From NCBI GenBank assembly GCA_039028615.1, contig JBCCHT010000040.1:32001-96000 (forward strand): 64,000 bases of DNA, read 5' to 3'. The notes under the pieces were generated by a model. The model saw nothing but the letters and a program-made list of their open reading frames with translations, ran no database searches and was not told where the DNA came from. Origin of the DNA: Myxococcota bacterium (GTDB lineage Bacteria; Myxococcota_A; Polyangia; Nannocystales; Nannocystaceae). Shown here piece after piece: positions 44,776 through 54,450 of this stretch; the stretch's first letter is position 1; every line of letters starts with the position of its first letter. The position numbers were made by a program, and so were the translations under genes.

Positions 44776-45696
44776 TCACATGTAGGCTTTCGCAATACAT
44801 GCCGCCACCCGGGCGTTGTTGCGGACCAGGGCGATGTTGCTGGCGAGGCTCCGTTCACCGGTGAGCTCGACCACCCGCGCGAGCAAGAAAGGCGTCACGT
44901 CCTTACCGACGATGCCGCGCGCGTCCGCTTCACCGAGCGCCTGCTCGATGGCGGTGTCAATCTCGTCTTGGTCCATCGCATCTGCGGCGGGGATCGGGTT
45001 GGTCACCAGGATGCCGCCGCCCAACCCGACCTGCGGATTCCACTGCATGGCCATCATGGCCGCGACCTGCTCGGGGGTGTCGAGCCTCAGCGGGGCCAGG
45101 CAACCGCTGGTCCGCGTATAGAAGGCAGGGACCTCGTCGCAGCCGTAGCCGATCACGGGCACGCCGTGGGTCTCGAGCACTTCGAGCGTGCGGGGGATGT
45201 CGAGGATCGCTTTGCACCCGGCGCACACGACGGCCACCGGGGTGCGGGCGAGCTCGGTGAGGTCGGCGGAGACGTCCAGACTGTGTTGTCCCCCACGGTG
45301 AACACCGCCGATGCCTCCCGTGGCGAACACGGCGATGCCGGCCTTGGCCGCGCACAGCATGGTGGCGGCAACGGTCGTGCCTCCGCGCCACCCCGAAGCC
45401 AAGGCCACTGCGAGATCCCGACGGCTGAGCTTGCGGGCGTCTTCGTCCTTGGCGAGCGCTTCGAGACGGTCGTCACTCAGGCCAACCCTGATCCGTCCGT
45501 CCATGATTGCGATCGTGGCGGGGGTCGCTCCGTTTTCTCGTACGGTGGCTTCCACTTCGCGCGCCGTCTGGGCGTTGGCGGGCCACGGCATTCCGTGCGT
45601 GATGATCGTCGACTCCAGCGCAACCACGGGGCGCCCCGCTTCGATGGCGGCGGCGACCTCGGGTTCATAGACGAAGGGGTTGGTCGATGACTCCAT
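44776..45696 (-). CDS. psuG: Pseudouridine-5'-phosphate glycosidase
   Basis: VVALESTIITHGMP, TTVAATM, FATGGIGGVHRG, DVSADL and GKDVTPFLL. Confidence 0.95.
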   Translation of the reverse strand: MESSTNPFVYEPEVAAAIEAGRPVVALESTIITHGMPWPANAQTAREVEATVRENGATPATIAIMDGRIRVGLSDDRLEALAKDEDARKLSRRDLAVALASGWRGGTTVAATMLCAAKAGIAVFATGGIGGVHRGGQHSLDVSADLTELARTPVAVVCAGCKAILDIPRTLEVLETHGVPVIGYGCDEVPAFYTRTSGCLAPLRLDTPEQVAAMMAMQWNPQVGLGGGILVTNPIPAADAMDQDEIDTAIEQALGEADARGIVGKDVTPFLLARVVELTGERSLASNIALVRNNARVAACIAKAYM

Positions 45697-45748
45697 GGTC
45701 GGCCGCCGCAATGTACGATGCCCGAGCCCCGAGGGGCGAGGACTGGCC

Positions 45749-46207
45749 ATGGTCTTGAACGTTCGACAGCTCGTGACTCTTGCCGCGTGTGGAGCTCTGC
45801 TCGGCACCGCTTCTTGTGATCCTTCGCCATCGCCGACGACCGTGTCGCGGGTCGATGCGCCGCGGCCGGATGCACACGCGGCCATGGTCGTCGCGAGCAA
45901 GCGCCTGGTCATCTCGCCCACCGCCGCGCTCGTGGCCGAAGACGGCCATGGGCGCCAGGTAACGGTGTTGCCCAAGCCTCGCTCGCTCGACGTCTACGCC
46001 AGCGAGTGGCGGGGACGCGCCCTCGATCCGGTGCTGCACATCGGCGACCTGCACTTCCATCACTACGAGCACCCGGCCCGAGAAGTGATGCGCTTCACCA
46101 TCGACGACGTCGGACGGCTGAACCGGGGGGACGAGGTCTGGCTGCAATGGGGTGACGACGTGGCCTCACGGATCATCATCTCGCGCTCGCTGGAGGTGCC
46201 CCGATGA
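45749..46207 (+). CDS. Hypothetical lipoprotein
   Basis: Lipobox TASC; ATGA overlap with the next gene. Confidence 0.7.
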   Translation: MVLNVRQLVTLAACGALLGTASCDPSPSPTTVSRVDAPRPDAHAAMVVASKRLVISPTAALVAEDGHGRQVTVLPKPRSLDVYASEWRGRALDPVLHIGDLHFHHYEHPAREVMRFTIDDVGRLNRGDEVWLQWGDDVASRIIISRSLEVPR

Positions 46208-48633
46208 ACCGTCGTGTGTGGTGGCTTGGTGGGCTGGTGCTGGCGGTTGCCTGTGGCGACGACGCGACGATGGTCGACACCGACAGCAATGGCGCGAGCG
46301 GGGACTCGGGAGCGACCGCGGCCACGGCCGACGACGCGACCGCCGATGGTCCCATGCTCGACGAATCGGCGGGCGCCTGCGTCGAGGCCTTCGAGCTCGA
46401 GTGCCCGGCCGATCAGAGCGTGCAGTGCGTGGGTCCGCAGACGCCGGTCATGGTCGAGGCCCCCGAGGCACCCTGCGAAGAGTGGACCGTCAGCGGGGAG
46501 GCACCCGAGTCGCTGCCGCCGGGCGATCACGAGGTCGAGTTCGTCATGGAGCTCGACGAGATGGTCGCCACCTGCACCACGGCGATCACCGTGATCGACG
46601 AGGACCCGCCCTTCATCGACTGCCCCGAACCCGGCACCTTGGTCCTGCGCACCGAGCCGGGCCAGGAGGTCATGCCGCCCTCGCTGTCGGCCGACGACCT
46701 GTGCTGGGACGAGCTGGAGTTCACCACCGATCCGCCCGTGCTGCCGGGTGGAGTGGTCGACGTCGAGTACACCGCGACCGACGGCAGCGGAAACTCGGCC
46801 TCCTGCACCACGCAGATCGAGGTGCTCGACGCGTTCGCCGTCGAGGGCTTCCGCATCATCAGCGCCACGCTCACTCAATCGGGCGGCACCGACGTGACCC
46901 TGGCGTGGGAGCCGAACCCCGCGTCGCCCATCTCCGGCTATCGGGTAGAGATCGCCGACGGCCCCGATGGCCCCTGGACCGTGCTGGACACGGTGCCCGG
47001 CGACGAGCAGCTGTACACCCACTCGATGACCGATCCCACCGCATGGTTTCGGGTGGTCACTGAGTCCGAGCTGGGCGAGGGCGGGGCCACGGCCGGGCGC
47101 ATCGCCTACTCGGTCACCGACGAGTTCTACGACATCCGCGACGTGCCCGTGCCCGGGGTGCCCTTCGACACCACGCTCTACGGCGTGGTTCGTTATCCCA
47201 GCGCGCTCGACGAGGGCCCGTTCCCGCTCATCGTCGTGCTGCACGGCAACCACGGCAACTGTCGGGACCCCGGCGATCCCAACAGCGACTTCTGCTCCAC
47301 CAGCCAGGACCACGAGTGCTCGATTGGAGGCGCGGACACGGCTCCCAACGCCGAGGGCTACATCTACTTCCTCGACACCCTGGCGGCGCAGGGCTACGTG
47401 ACGGTCAGCATCAGCGGCAACGCCATGAACTGCCGCACCGACTACATCATCGAGCGCTCGCAGCTCATCGTGGAGCACCTGCGGCACTGGTCCGACTGGG
47501 GCGCGGGGCAGGGGGCGCTGGGCGGCGTGTTCTCGGGCGGGCTCGATCTTTCGCAGGTCGGCCTGGTGGGGCACTCGCGGGGCGGCGACGCCGTGTCCAA
47601 CGTGCCGGGGATCTTGGCCAACAGCCCCGTCCCGGGCGTCGACATCCAGTCGGTCTTTGCCATCGCGCCCACCGACTTTCACGACGTGCAGGTGCGCAAC
47701 ACCGACCTGGCCGTGCTGCTGCCCGCGTGCGACGGCGACGTCAGCAACCTGTCGGGTCATCGACACTACGATCGCTCGATCAACTTCGACGACGGCGTCG
47801 AGCAGGCCCAGGTGATGTTCATCGGGGCCAACCACAACTACTTCAATACCGAGTGGCGCCTGTCGGAGTGGGAGCTGTTCCCGGGCACGCATCCCAACTG
47901 CGAGCCGAGCTCCGCGCCGCAGCAGCGCGAGCAGACCCATATGCTCGAGGCCACGCTCGGCTCGTGGTTCGGCACCACGCTGCAGGGGGAGGCGACCGAG
48001 GCCTTCGTGATGGCCGAGGAGCCCTCGCCCAGTGCCTTCGACGCGTGGGCGCAAGCCAGCCTCGATCTACGGTGGTCCTACTCCTCGCCGGACCGGGTCA
48101 GCATCGACGACTTCACCGGACCCGAGACGCCGAACACCAACGACCTGGGCGGCACCAATACGCTGGGCAACGATTGGTTCTTGTGGGAGGTCTGCCAGGC
48201 CACCAACTGCGACACCCGCTACCCGCACCTGCGCAACTCGCTGCGGCTCCTGTGGGAAGAGGGCAACACGCCGCTGGCTCGCTTCGAGCTCGGGGGTTAC
48301 GACGCCTCCGGGGCGGGCACGCTGTCGTTCCGGGTCGTCTCGCGCTTCAGCAGCCTCAACACCGGGCTGGCGGAGCAGGACTTCTTCATTCGGGTGATCG
48401 ACACCGAGGGCGGCTCGGTGCAGCTGCCCGTGTCGGATCTCAAGGTGCTCAATCACCTCTATCCGCAGACCGACGTGCTGGAGATCCTCGAGACGGTGCG
48501 GCTGCCGATCGACACGCTGCTCGAGTACGAGCCCGCGTTGGCCGTGGATTCGCTCGAGGCGCTCGAGTTCGAGATGACCGCGCTCGATCGCTCGGGCTCG
48601 GTCATCATCACCGACCTCGAGTTTGCCCAGTAA
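46204..48633 (+). CDS. Lipoprotein with HYR and FN3 domains and an alpha/beta-hydrolase
   Basis: Lipobox AVAC; YTATDGSGNSASC (HYR); FN3-like W...Y; HGNH, GHSRGG, DGDV and GANHNYFN. Confidence 0.85.
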   Translation: MNRRVWWLGGLVLAVACGDDATMVDTDSNGASGDSGATAATADDATADGPMLDESAGACVEAFELECPADQSVQCVGPQTPVMVEAPEAPCEEWTVSGEAPESLPPGDHEVEFVMELDEMVATCTTAITVIDEDPPFIDCPEPGTLVLRTEPGQEVMPPSLSADDLCWDELEFTTDPPVLPGGVVDVEYTATDGSGNSASCTTQIEVLDAFAVEGFRIISATLTQSGGTDVTLAWEPNPASPISGYRVEIADGPDGPWTVLDTVPGDEQLYTHSMTDPTAWFRVVTESELGEGGATAGRIAYSVTDEFYDIRDVPVPGVPFDTTLYGVVRYPSALDEGPFPLIVVLHGNHGNCRDPGDPNSDFCSTSQDHECSIGGADTAPNAEGYIYFLDTLAAQGYVTVSISGNAMNCRTDYIIERSQLIVEHLRHWSDWGAGQGALGGVFSGGLDLSQVGLVGHSRGGDAVSNVPGILANSPVPGVDIQSVFAIAPTDFHDVQVRNTDLAVLLPACDGDVSNLSGHRHYDRSINFDDGVEQAQVMFIGANHNYFNTEWRLSEWELFPGTHPNCEPSSAPQQREQTHMLEATLGSWFGTTLQGEATEAFVMAEEPSPSAFDAWAQASLDLRWSYSSPDRVSIDDFTGPETPNTNDLGGTNTLGNDWFLWEVCQATNCDTRYPHLRNSLRLLWEEGNTPLARFELGGYDASGAGTLSFRVVSRFSSLNTGLAEQDFFIRVIDTEGGSVQLPVSDLKVLNHLYPQTDVLEILETVRLPIDTLLEYEPALAVDSLEALEFEMTALDRSGSVIITDLEFAQ

Positions 48634-48672
48634 TCGCGGGGCGCACGGTCGGCGGGACCGGGCGGCGCGGGT

Positions 48673-49548
48673 TCAGAAGAACACGCGCAGCCCTCCTGTG
48701 GGGCCGTGTAGCTCGACTCGGCCCACCGCGCGCGCCTCGTAGCCGCCGAACACCTCGAATCGACGCAGCATCACGCCGCCCGTCGCTCGAAACGAGTAGG
48801 TCCACGCGTCGCCCAGGGTGCCCACGTCTAGCCGGCTGCGCAGCACCAGGGGCCGCACGGGATACACCGCGAGGCGAACCGTCGCATTGCTTCCCATCGC
48901 GTCGGTGCGCTCGACGGAGGGGTGGGCCCGACCATCGATCATGAAGTTCACGCCCAGCCCCACGAGCAAGCGCACCCGAGGACGTAGCAGGGGCACCATC
49001 AGGGCGTTGGCGCTGCCGAGGGTGAGGGCATCCAGCGGGCGGATCTCGAGCATCGGGTTGAAGTCGACGGCGAGCCCGACCGCCCGCCCCACTAGCTGTA
49101 GGTCGACCCCGGAGCGGACGAGCGTCGGGCTGAACCACGCCCCATCGAGGGCCACCGAGCCCGAGAACATGCGGCTGCGCGGCGCCGACTCGCCGTCCGC
49201 CACGATGCGCATCTGGCCGCGATAGCCACGCGCGTAGGGAAAGGGAGCGTAGCGGCGCTTGGCCACCAAGTCGCCGAGCCCGACGCAATCACCCGAACAC
49301 GAGGCTCCCGTGCCGTCGTAGTCGTAGTCATCGTCGTCGTAGCCATCGTCGTCATCACCGCCGAACAACGACCACGAGGAATCGTCGGAGGAGCCGCTCG
49401 TCTCCGAGCGCATATCGTCGAGGTCGCCCGCTCGAGCCAGTGAAGGAGTGCCCGCGATCACAGCGAGCAGCGGCGAGACTTTCAACCAACGAAGCACCCC
49501 GGGGTCCGTTGCAGGAAGGGCGCCGAAGGTGCGGCGACCTCCGATCAA
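48673..49548 (-). CDS. Hypothetical outer-membrane protein
   Basis: Signal-like segment, acidic tract, amphipathic strands, terminal Phe; start uncertain. Confidence 0.6.
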   Translation of the reverse strand: MIGGRRTFGALPATDPGVLRWLKVSPLLAVIAGTPSLARAGDLDDMRSETSGSSDDSSWSLFGGDDDDGYDDDDYDYDGTGASCSGDCVGLGDLVAKRRYAPFPYARGYRGQMRIVADGESAPRSRMFSGSVALDGAWFSPTLVRSGVDLQLVGRAVGLAVDFNPMLEIRPLDALTLGSANALMVPLLRPRVRLLVGLGVNFMIDGRAHPSVERTDAMGSNATVRLAVYPVRPLVLRSRLDVGTLGDAWTYSFRATGGVMLRRFEVFGGYEARAVGRVELHGPTGGLRVFF

Positions 49549-49645
49549 GCACTTGGCGCGACGAGTGTCGTGGATTCACCACAGTGTTGCCCCAGGTCGC
49601 CGCGGTCAAACGGCAACACCGACCGACTCGGCGCTCGTCGGCAAA

Positions 49646-49689
49646 AGAGCACAAAGCATCAAAACTGGGTGGTGGCCCATGGCTACGTT
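49646..49689 (+). promoter_or_regulatory. Mar/Sox/Rob-box-like site plus -10 element
   Basis: AGAGCACAAAGCATCAAAAC resembles AYnGCACnnWnnRYYAAAY; lies 18 bp before TACGTT. Confidence 0.55.
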
Positions 49690-49695
49690 GAGGAC

Positions 49696-50058
49696 ATGAA
49701 CAACCCCCTGAAAACCACCTGGGACCGCTACGTTGCCACCTGGAAGGTCGAGTCCGTCTCGGACACGCGCGCGCTCTTCGAGGGCATCCTCGATCCCGAT
49801 TGCCGCTACACCGACCCCCTGGGAGCCACCCGTGGCTGGGACGACCTCATCAGCTACATGACCGAGTTCCACCGCCAGATGCCCGGCAGCCACTTCGTCA
49901 CCACGCGCTTTTTGTCCCACAACAACCGCAGCGTCGCCGCCTGGAACATGGTCGGCCGCGACGGCTCCGTGCTCGGCGACGGGATCAGCTACGGTGAGTA
50001 CAACGACGCCGGGCAGCTGGTCACCATGACCGGCTTCTACGAGTGGCCCAACGCCTGA
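49696..50058 (+). CDS. SnoaL/NTF2-like protein
   Basis: YVATW...YTDP...G...W...GF pattern. Confidence 0.8.
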   Translation: MNNPLKTTWDRYVATWKVESVSDTRALFEGILDPDCRYTDPLGATRGWDDLISYMTEFHRQMPGSHFVTTRFLSHNNRSVAAWNMVGRDGSVLGDGISYGEYNDAGQLVTMTGFYEWPNA

Positions 50059-50067
50059 GCCCGTCCC

Positions 50068-50946
50068 ATGGACTACGCACGCCAGATCCAGCGCGGCATC
50101 GACTACATCGAGGCCAACCTCGAGTTCGACATCGAGCTTTCGCGGGTGTCGAAGGTCGCGGGGATCAGCCATTGGCACTTTCAGCGGATCTTCAAGGCGG
50201 TCACGGGCGAGACGCTCAAGACCTACATCCGCTCGCGTCGCATGGCCAATGCCCTCGATGCCCTGCTCACCACCAAGGCCGGGATCCTCGAGATTGCATT
50301 CCGCGCTGGCTTCGAGTCCCAAGAGGCCTTTACCCGTGCGTTCAAGAAGGCGTTCGGCATCACGCCCAACGCCTACCGCAAGCTCGGCAACGACAGCCTC
50401 TTCCTCAAGAAGGTGCAGATCGACGCCGAGTACTTGCGGCACCTGAAGAGCAACGTCTCGCTGCAGCCCGACATCGACGACGCCCCGTCCATGGTGCTCG
50501 TGGGGCTGCAGACCTTCTTCTATGGCGTCGACTCCGACAAGAACAACATCGGCGAGGCGCTGCCCCCGTTGTGGGAGAGCTTCATGGCGCGCATCGGGGA
50601 GATCGACGACGTGCGGCCGGGCGTCTGCTACGGCGTGATCCAGCCCGTGGACGCTGGCTCCGCGCGGCTGTCCTATCACGCGGCCGTCGAGGTCTCGACG
50701 CTCCCGACCTTGCCCGAGGGCATGGTCAGCGTGGAGATCCCCGCGGCCACCTACGCCCACTTCACCCACCGCGGCCCGGCCGAGAACTTCGACCACACGG
50801 TGAATTACATCTACTCGACTTGGTTGCAGCAATCGGGGTTTCGGCACACCTACGGGCCCGACGTCGAGATCTACGGCCACGAGTACCACCCGACCTCGCC
50901 CGACTCGGTCATGGGCTACGCCATCCCCATCGCCAAGGGCAGCTGA
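50068..50946 (+). CDS. AraC (Rob-like) regulator with GyrI-like effector domain
   Basis: HFQRIFK, GFESQEAFTRAFKK...TP; YAHFTHRG, YIYSTWL. Confidence 0.92.
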   Translation: MDYARQIQRGIDYIEANLEFDIELSRVSKVAGISHWHFQRIFKAVTGETLKTYIRSRRMANALDALLTTKAGILEIAFRAGFESQEAFTRAFKKAFGITPNAYRKLGNDSLFLKKVQIDAEYLRHLKSNVSLQPDIDDAPSMVLVGLQTFFYGVDSDKNNIGEALPPLWESFMARIGEIDDVRPGVCYGVIQPVDAGSARLSYHAAVEVSTLPTLPEGMVSVEIPAATYAHFTHRGPAENFDHTVNYIYSTWLQQSGFRHTYGPDVEIYGHEYHPTSPDSVMGYAIPIAKGS

Positions 50947-51060
50947 GCCGATGTCCGCATGATTGACAGCGTGTCCCTCTCGCCCGTCCGTCAGAGTCCT
51001 TTTCGGCACGGGCGGCCACGCGCGGGTCCGGCAAGCGTGCGTAGGGACGTGTCTGGCGGT

Positions 51061-51076
51061 TGGCCCTGCCTTTGCA
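51061..51076 (+). promoter_or_regulatory. sigma54 (-24/-12) promoter
   Basis: TGGC-CCTGCCT-TTGCA. Confidence 0.6.
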
Positions 51077-51088
51077 CTCCCCTTGGGC

Positions 51089-51475
51089 ATGACCGTCCTC
51101 GGAACCCTCTCCGTACTCCTTTCGTCTGCCCTGTTCGCCACCCCCAAGCCCGCGGCTTCCGGCCCCAGCCCGACCGAGGTCGAAGTGGAGGTCGTCGAGA
51201 AGGGCGGCGCGACCCCGAGCCGGTTCTCCTTCGTGGTCCCCATCGACGGCTCCGTCTCCGCGTGGGTCGACCGCGGCGACAATGGCCGGCACTGCAAGGT
51301 CGGGGTCGACTCCGTCCGCGCGGGCCTTCGTCTCGACCTCCAGTGCAACGGCGCCGCGGGGCAGTCGCTGGATGTCCACGCCACGCGTAGCCTCAAGCGG
51401 GGCTCTCGCACCCGACTGGCGGCCATCCAGCGCCCGGGCGGCGCCAAGCGTCAGGTCTTCGTGACCTTGCGGTAG
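51089..51475 (+). CDS. Small secreted hypothetical protein
   Basis: Signal peptide; beta-rich with two Cys. Confidence 0.65.
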   Translation: MTVLGTLSVLLSSALFATPKPAASGPSPTEVEVEVVEKGGATPSRFSFVVPIDGSVSAWVDRGDNGRHCKVGVDSVRAGLRLDLQCNGAAGQSLDVHATRSLKRGSRTRLAAIQRPGGAKRQVFVTLR

Positions 51476-51662
51476 CCGAAGCGCACCTCGAAACCCGTGC
51501 GAGCGACCACCCGGCCCCGTCGACCGGCGCCGCGTTGTCCATGGTCGGAGGGCGCTCGGTGCAAAGGTCGAGGTTCCCTGATAGAGCGTCACGCTGCAGC
51601 GCAGGGAATCGAGGCCCGCACCCGTGACCAACCCGAGCACGACGAGTCACGCCAGACTGGCG

Positions 51663-52763
51663 ATGGCGCGCACGACAACCACCCGGATGCTCCTCGAAGG
51701 TGCCGATGGTGGTCGTCGGGAGCCATCGTTCGAGGACGGCGCGTTCGCGCTGGTCGCGGTGAGCTACGCCGACGGCTCTACGAAGCCCACCTGCGGAATC
51801 TTGTCGCGCATGAGCTCCGTCTACGATTTGCTCTCGTCCCAGCCGGGCGGAGACGTCGGGCCAGGCGACTACGGACTCACTCCCGATGACCCCTGCGCGT
51901 ATTTGATGGAGCTCGAGCGCGACAGCCTCGCGTCTTTGGGCTGTGTTCTCGGGTTCGACGCCAGCAGCTTTTTCAATGGTCGGGGGCCGACCAACCCCTA
52001 CCGCGGCATGCTCACCGCGCTCGCGACCGAGCTGCGTCACGCCTGGGTCCTCTTCGCCTGGTCCGATGAACGCTACGAGTGGGCTCTGGCGATCGTCGAC
52101 ATCACCGAGGGCCTGCCCGTCGAGCCGCGTCGCGACGACCTCCCGGTCAGCTTGGCCGAGGCCTACGAGGATGGTCGGGTTGCCGGCTTTGCCAAAGTGC
52201 TCGAGTCGGGGGAGTCCCCTGGTCCTGGAGAGCTTCACCGCGCCCTTTCTTCGCTCTCGGATGAAACCCGGGTCGAGGTCGTTGCCCTGCTCCTCGAAGC
52301 CGGGGCCGACCCCAACGCCGCGGACGTTGCGGGCGAAACGGTCTTGGCACGAGCCGCGCGGAACCCTGCCATTGGTGGGCCGCTGGTGCGCCTGCTCCTC
52401 GAGCATGGTGCCCGGCCCGACCTCGCCGCGGCGGAGGCTGCGGCCACGTTGGGGGTCGTCGGCGTGGTCACGCTTCTGCCGGTTGCCGAGCATTCCCTGC
52501 GCTACGCCGCCCGCAACAACCACGTCGATGTGGTCGAGCACCTGCTCACCCGCATCACGGACGTGGATCAGCACGACTTCACCGCGCTGCACGGAGCCGC
52601 GGTCGAGGGGCACGTCGAGGTGTGTCGTCTCCTCGTCGAGGCCGGAGCGGATCCCGGGCGGCTCACCGCCAAAGGACAAAGCGCCCTGGACCTCGCCGTG
52701 AAGCATGAACGCCTCGAGCTGGTGCAGTATCTGGAATCCGTTCGAGGTCGCCGGGGCGACTGA
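51663..52763 (+). CDS. Ankyrin-repeat protein with unknown N-terminal domain
   Basis: LLEAGADPN, TALHGAA...GHVEV...LVEAGAD, GQSALDLA; start uncertain. Confidence 0.8.
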   Translation: MARTTTTRMLLEGADGGRREPSFEDGAFALVAVSYADGSTKPTCGILSRMSSVYDLLSSQPGGDVGPGDYGLTPDDPCAYLMELERDSLASLGCVLGFDASSFFNGRGPTNPYRGMLTALATELRHAWVLFAWSDERYEWALAIVDITEGLPVEPRRDDLPVSLAEAYEDGRVAGFAKVLESGESPGPGELHRALSSLSDETRVEVVALLLEAGADPNAADVAGETVLARAARNPAIGGPLVRLLLEHGARPDLAAAEAAATLGVVGVVTLLPVAEHSLRYAARNNHVDVVEHLLTRITDVDQHDFTALHGAAVEGHVEVCRLLVEAGADPGRLTAKGQSALDLAVKHERLELVQYLESVRGRRGD

Positions 52764-52797
52764 CGGACGGCCCCAAACCCTCGAAGCCGGACGATCT

Positions 52798-54390
52798 TCA
52801 GTCCTCTGCGTTGCGAAGGTCGTCGAACGACACCCCGCACTTCTTCCGGCACGACGCAGGCGGCCGCAGCGAGAACGCGGTGGCCTTGCCCACCGCGCGG
52901 GGCCCATCGATATCCACCTTCAGCATGCGGGGCCCGTCTTTGCTGCCCCATAGCTCGACCAACATGGTCTCGGCATCTTCGCGTCGCAGCCGGGCGTACA
53001 TGCCGGTTTCCTTGCCTGAACTCATGCCCAGCAGCTCCCCTTCGGAGTCGATCGCCGCGACCCGCCACTCGCGGCCGCACTCGCCCCCCGTGCTCAGGAG
53101 CATCATCGTGCCGCCGCCCAGATCGCAGTGATGCCACTGGTCGGCGACGATCTTGGCCCGGCGCGGCAAGTGGGGCTTCAGCAGCTCGAGCTGAGCCTCG
53201 CTCGCCTTGCCGCACCCAGGGGTGTTCCCGAGGGTGGTGGTGTCGTCGCGCGACAGCGGGGTGGTGTCGAAGCCCCAGGCCTCGAGCAGCTCCTTCGGCG
53301 GCCGTCGCTCCAATCGGTTGTACGCACGCCGCTCGAAGTCGTCGCCGTCGAGCAGCACGGCCTGCATCGTGCCGTCATCGAGGCCCAGGATGCCCAGGGC
53401 CATGCCGAGGCCTTCTTTGTGGCGGAAGGCGCTGGTGCCGAAGGCCCCGAAGTCCCCCAGGGGCACGGAGATCCGGGTCTCGCGATCGTAGAGCTGGTAG
53501 GTGCCGCGGTGCTCACCGCACGAAGCCCAGCTCGTGTTCTCGATGAGCAACATGCGATCGCCCTGTTTGCCGTAGACGGCGGTGCCGGGCAGCATCCGCT
53601 GGAGGCGACCGTCGACGTCGACCTGCTCGACGAACGACGCGCGGGCGTTGTGGATCCGCGCCTTGCTCTTCCACGGCGCGCCGTCGAAGGTGATGACCCG
53701 CTTGGACAGGTCGAGGTTGAGCGGAGGCCGGGGCGCACCCGTGCGGCCGTAGACTTCGAACTCGGCCAGGTGCATGGGCCCCTCGCCGTGCATCTCGATG
53801 ATCTCGAGGCTGAAGTTGCGGCTGGGGATGGGCTCCCCGAGCAAGACGTGCCACGGGCGGTCGTCGTCCGGCACCTTCACTTCGGTCCAGCCCTCGTGGG
53901 TATGCATGCGCACGATGCTGGGGCGCGCGTGCGGACCCCCGCCCTCGGGCGCGGCCGAGTACAGCCGCAGCCCGGCCACGTCGGCGGGCTCGGGGAAGTG
54001 GATGCCGATGGCGCAGCTCTTTTCCTTGGTGGGCGTGCAGGTCCACGAGGTGCGCAGGTTGTCGTCGCGGGTCAGCCGTGGAGCGCCCTCGCCAGGATGG
54101 GACCACTCGGGGATCTCGATGGCGCCCGCCAGCGCGTGCAGCTTGGACAGCTTCTGGAGCGCGAAGCTCATGTGCTCGTTGGCCGTGCCGTAAAAGCGCA
54201 GCTTGTGCTCGGCCTTGGTCAGCGGCTCGGGCAGCAGCGGCGACTTTTCGGGCGTGCCCCCGGACTCGCCCGCCGCTTCCTCGGGCTTGGCCTTGGTCTC
54301 CGGTTTTTCCTCGCCGCCGTCGCAGCCGGGCAGCAACAGGGCGAGAGCGACAACCACACGTGGAGCGAAGTCAGACATCCGCGGATCCAT
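52798..54390 (-). CDS. Hypothetical lipoprotein with discoidin/F5-8C-like domain
   Basis: Lipobox LPGC; DDNLRTSW...LAEFEVYG. Confidence 0.7.
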   Translation of the reverse strand: MDPRMSDFAPRVVVALALLLPGCDGGEEKPETKAKPEEAAGESGGTPEKSPLLPEPLTKAEHKLRFYGTANEHMSFALQKLSKLHALAGAIEIPEWSHPGEGAPRLTRDDNLRTSWTCTPTKEKSCAIGIHFPEPADVAGLRLYSAAPEGGGPHARPSIVRMHTHEGWTEVKVPDDDRPWHVLLGEPIPSRNFSLEIIEMHGEGPMHLAEFEVYGRTGAPRPPLNLDLSKRVITFDGAPWKSKARIHNARASFVEQVDVDGRLQRMLPGTAVYGKQGDRMLLIENTSWASCGEHRGTYQLYDRETRISVPLGDFGAFGTSAFRHKEGLGMALGILGLDDGTMQAVLLDGDDFERRAYNRLERRPPKELLEAWGFDTTPLSRDDTTTLGNTPGCGKASEAQLELLKPHLPRRAKIVADQWHHCDLGGGTMMLLSTGGECGREWRVAAIDSEGELLGMSSGKETGMYARLRREDAETMLVELWGSKDGPRMLKVDIDGPRAVGKATAFSLRPPASCRKKCGVSFDDLRNAED

Positions 54391-54450
54391 GGGTAACACG
54401 AGGGGCGACGCGGCGCATCGGGCGGGGCCTGGCTGTTACGATCCGGGACC

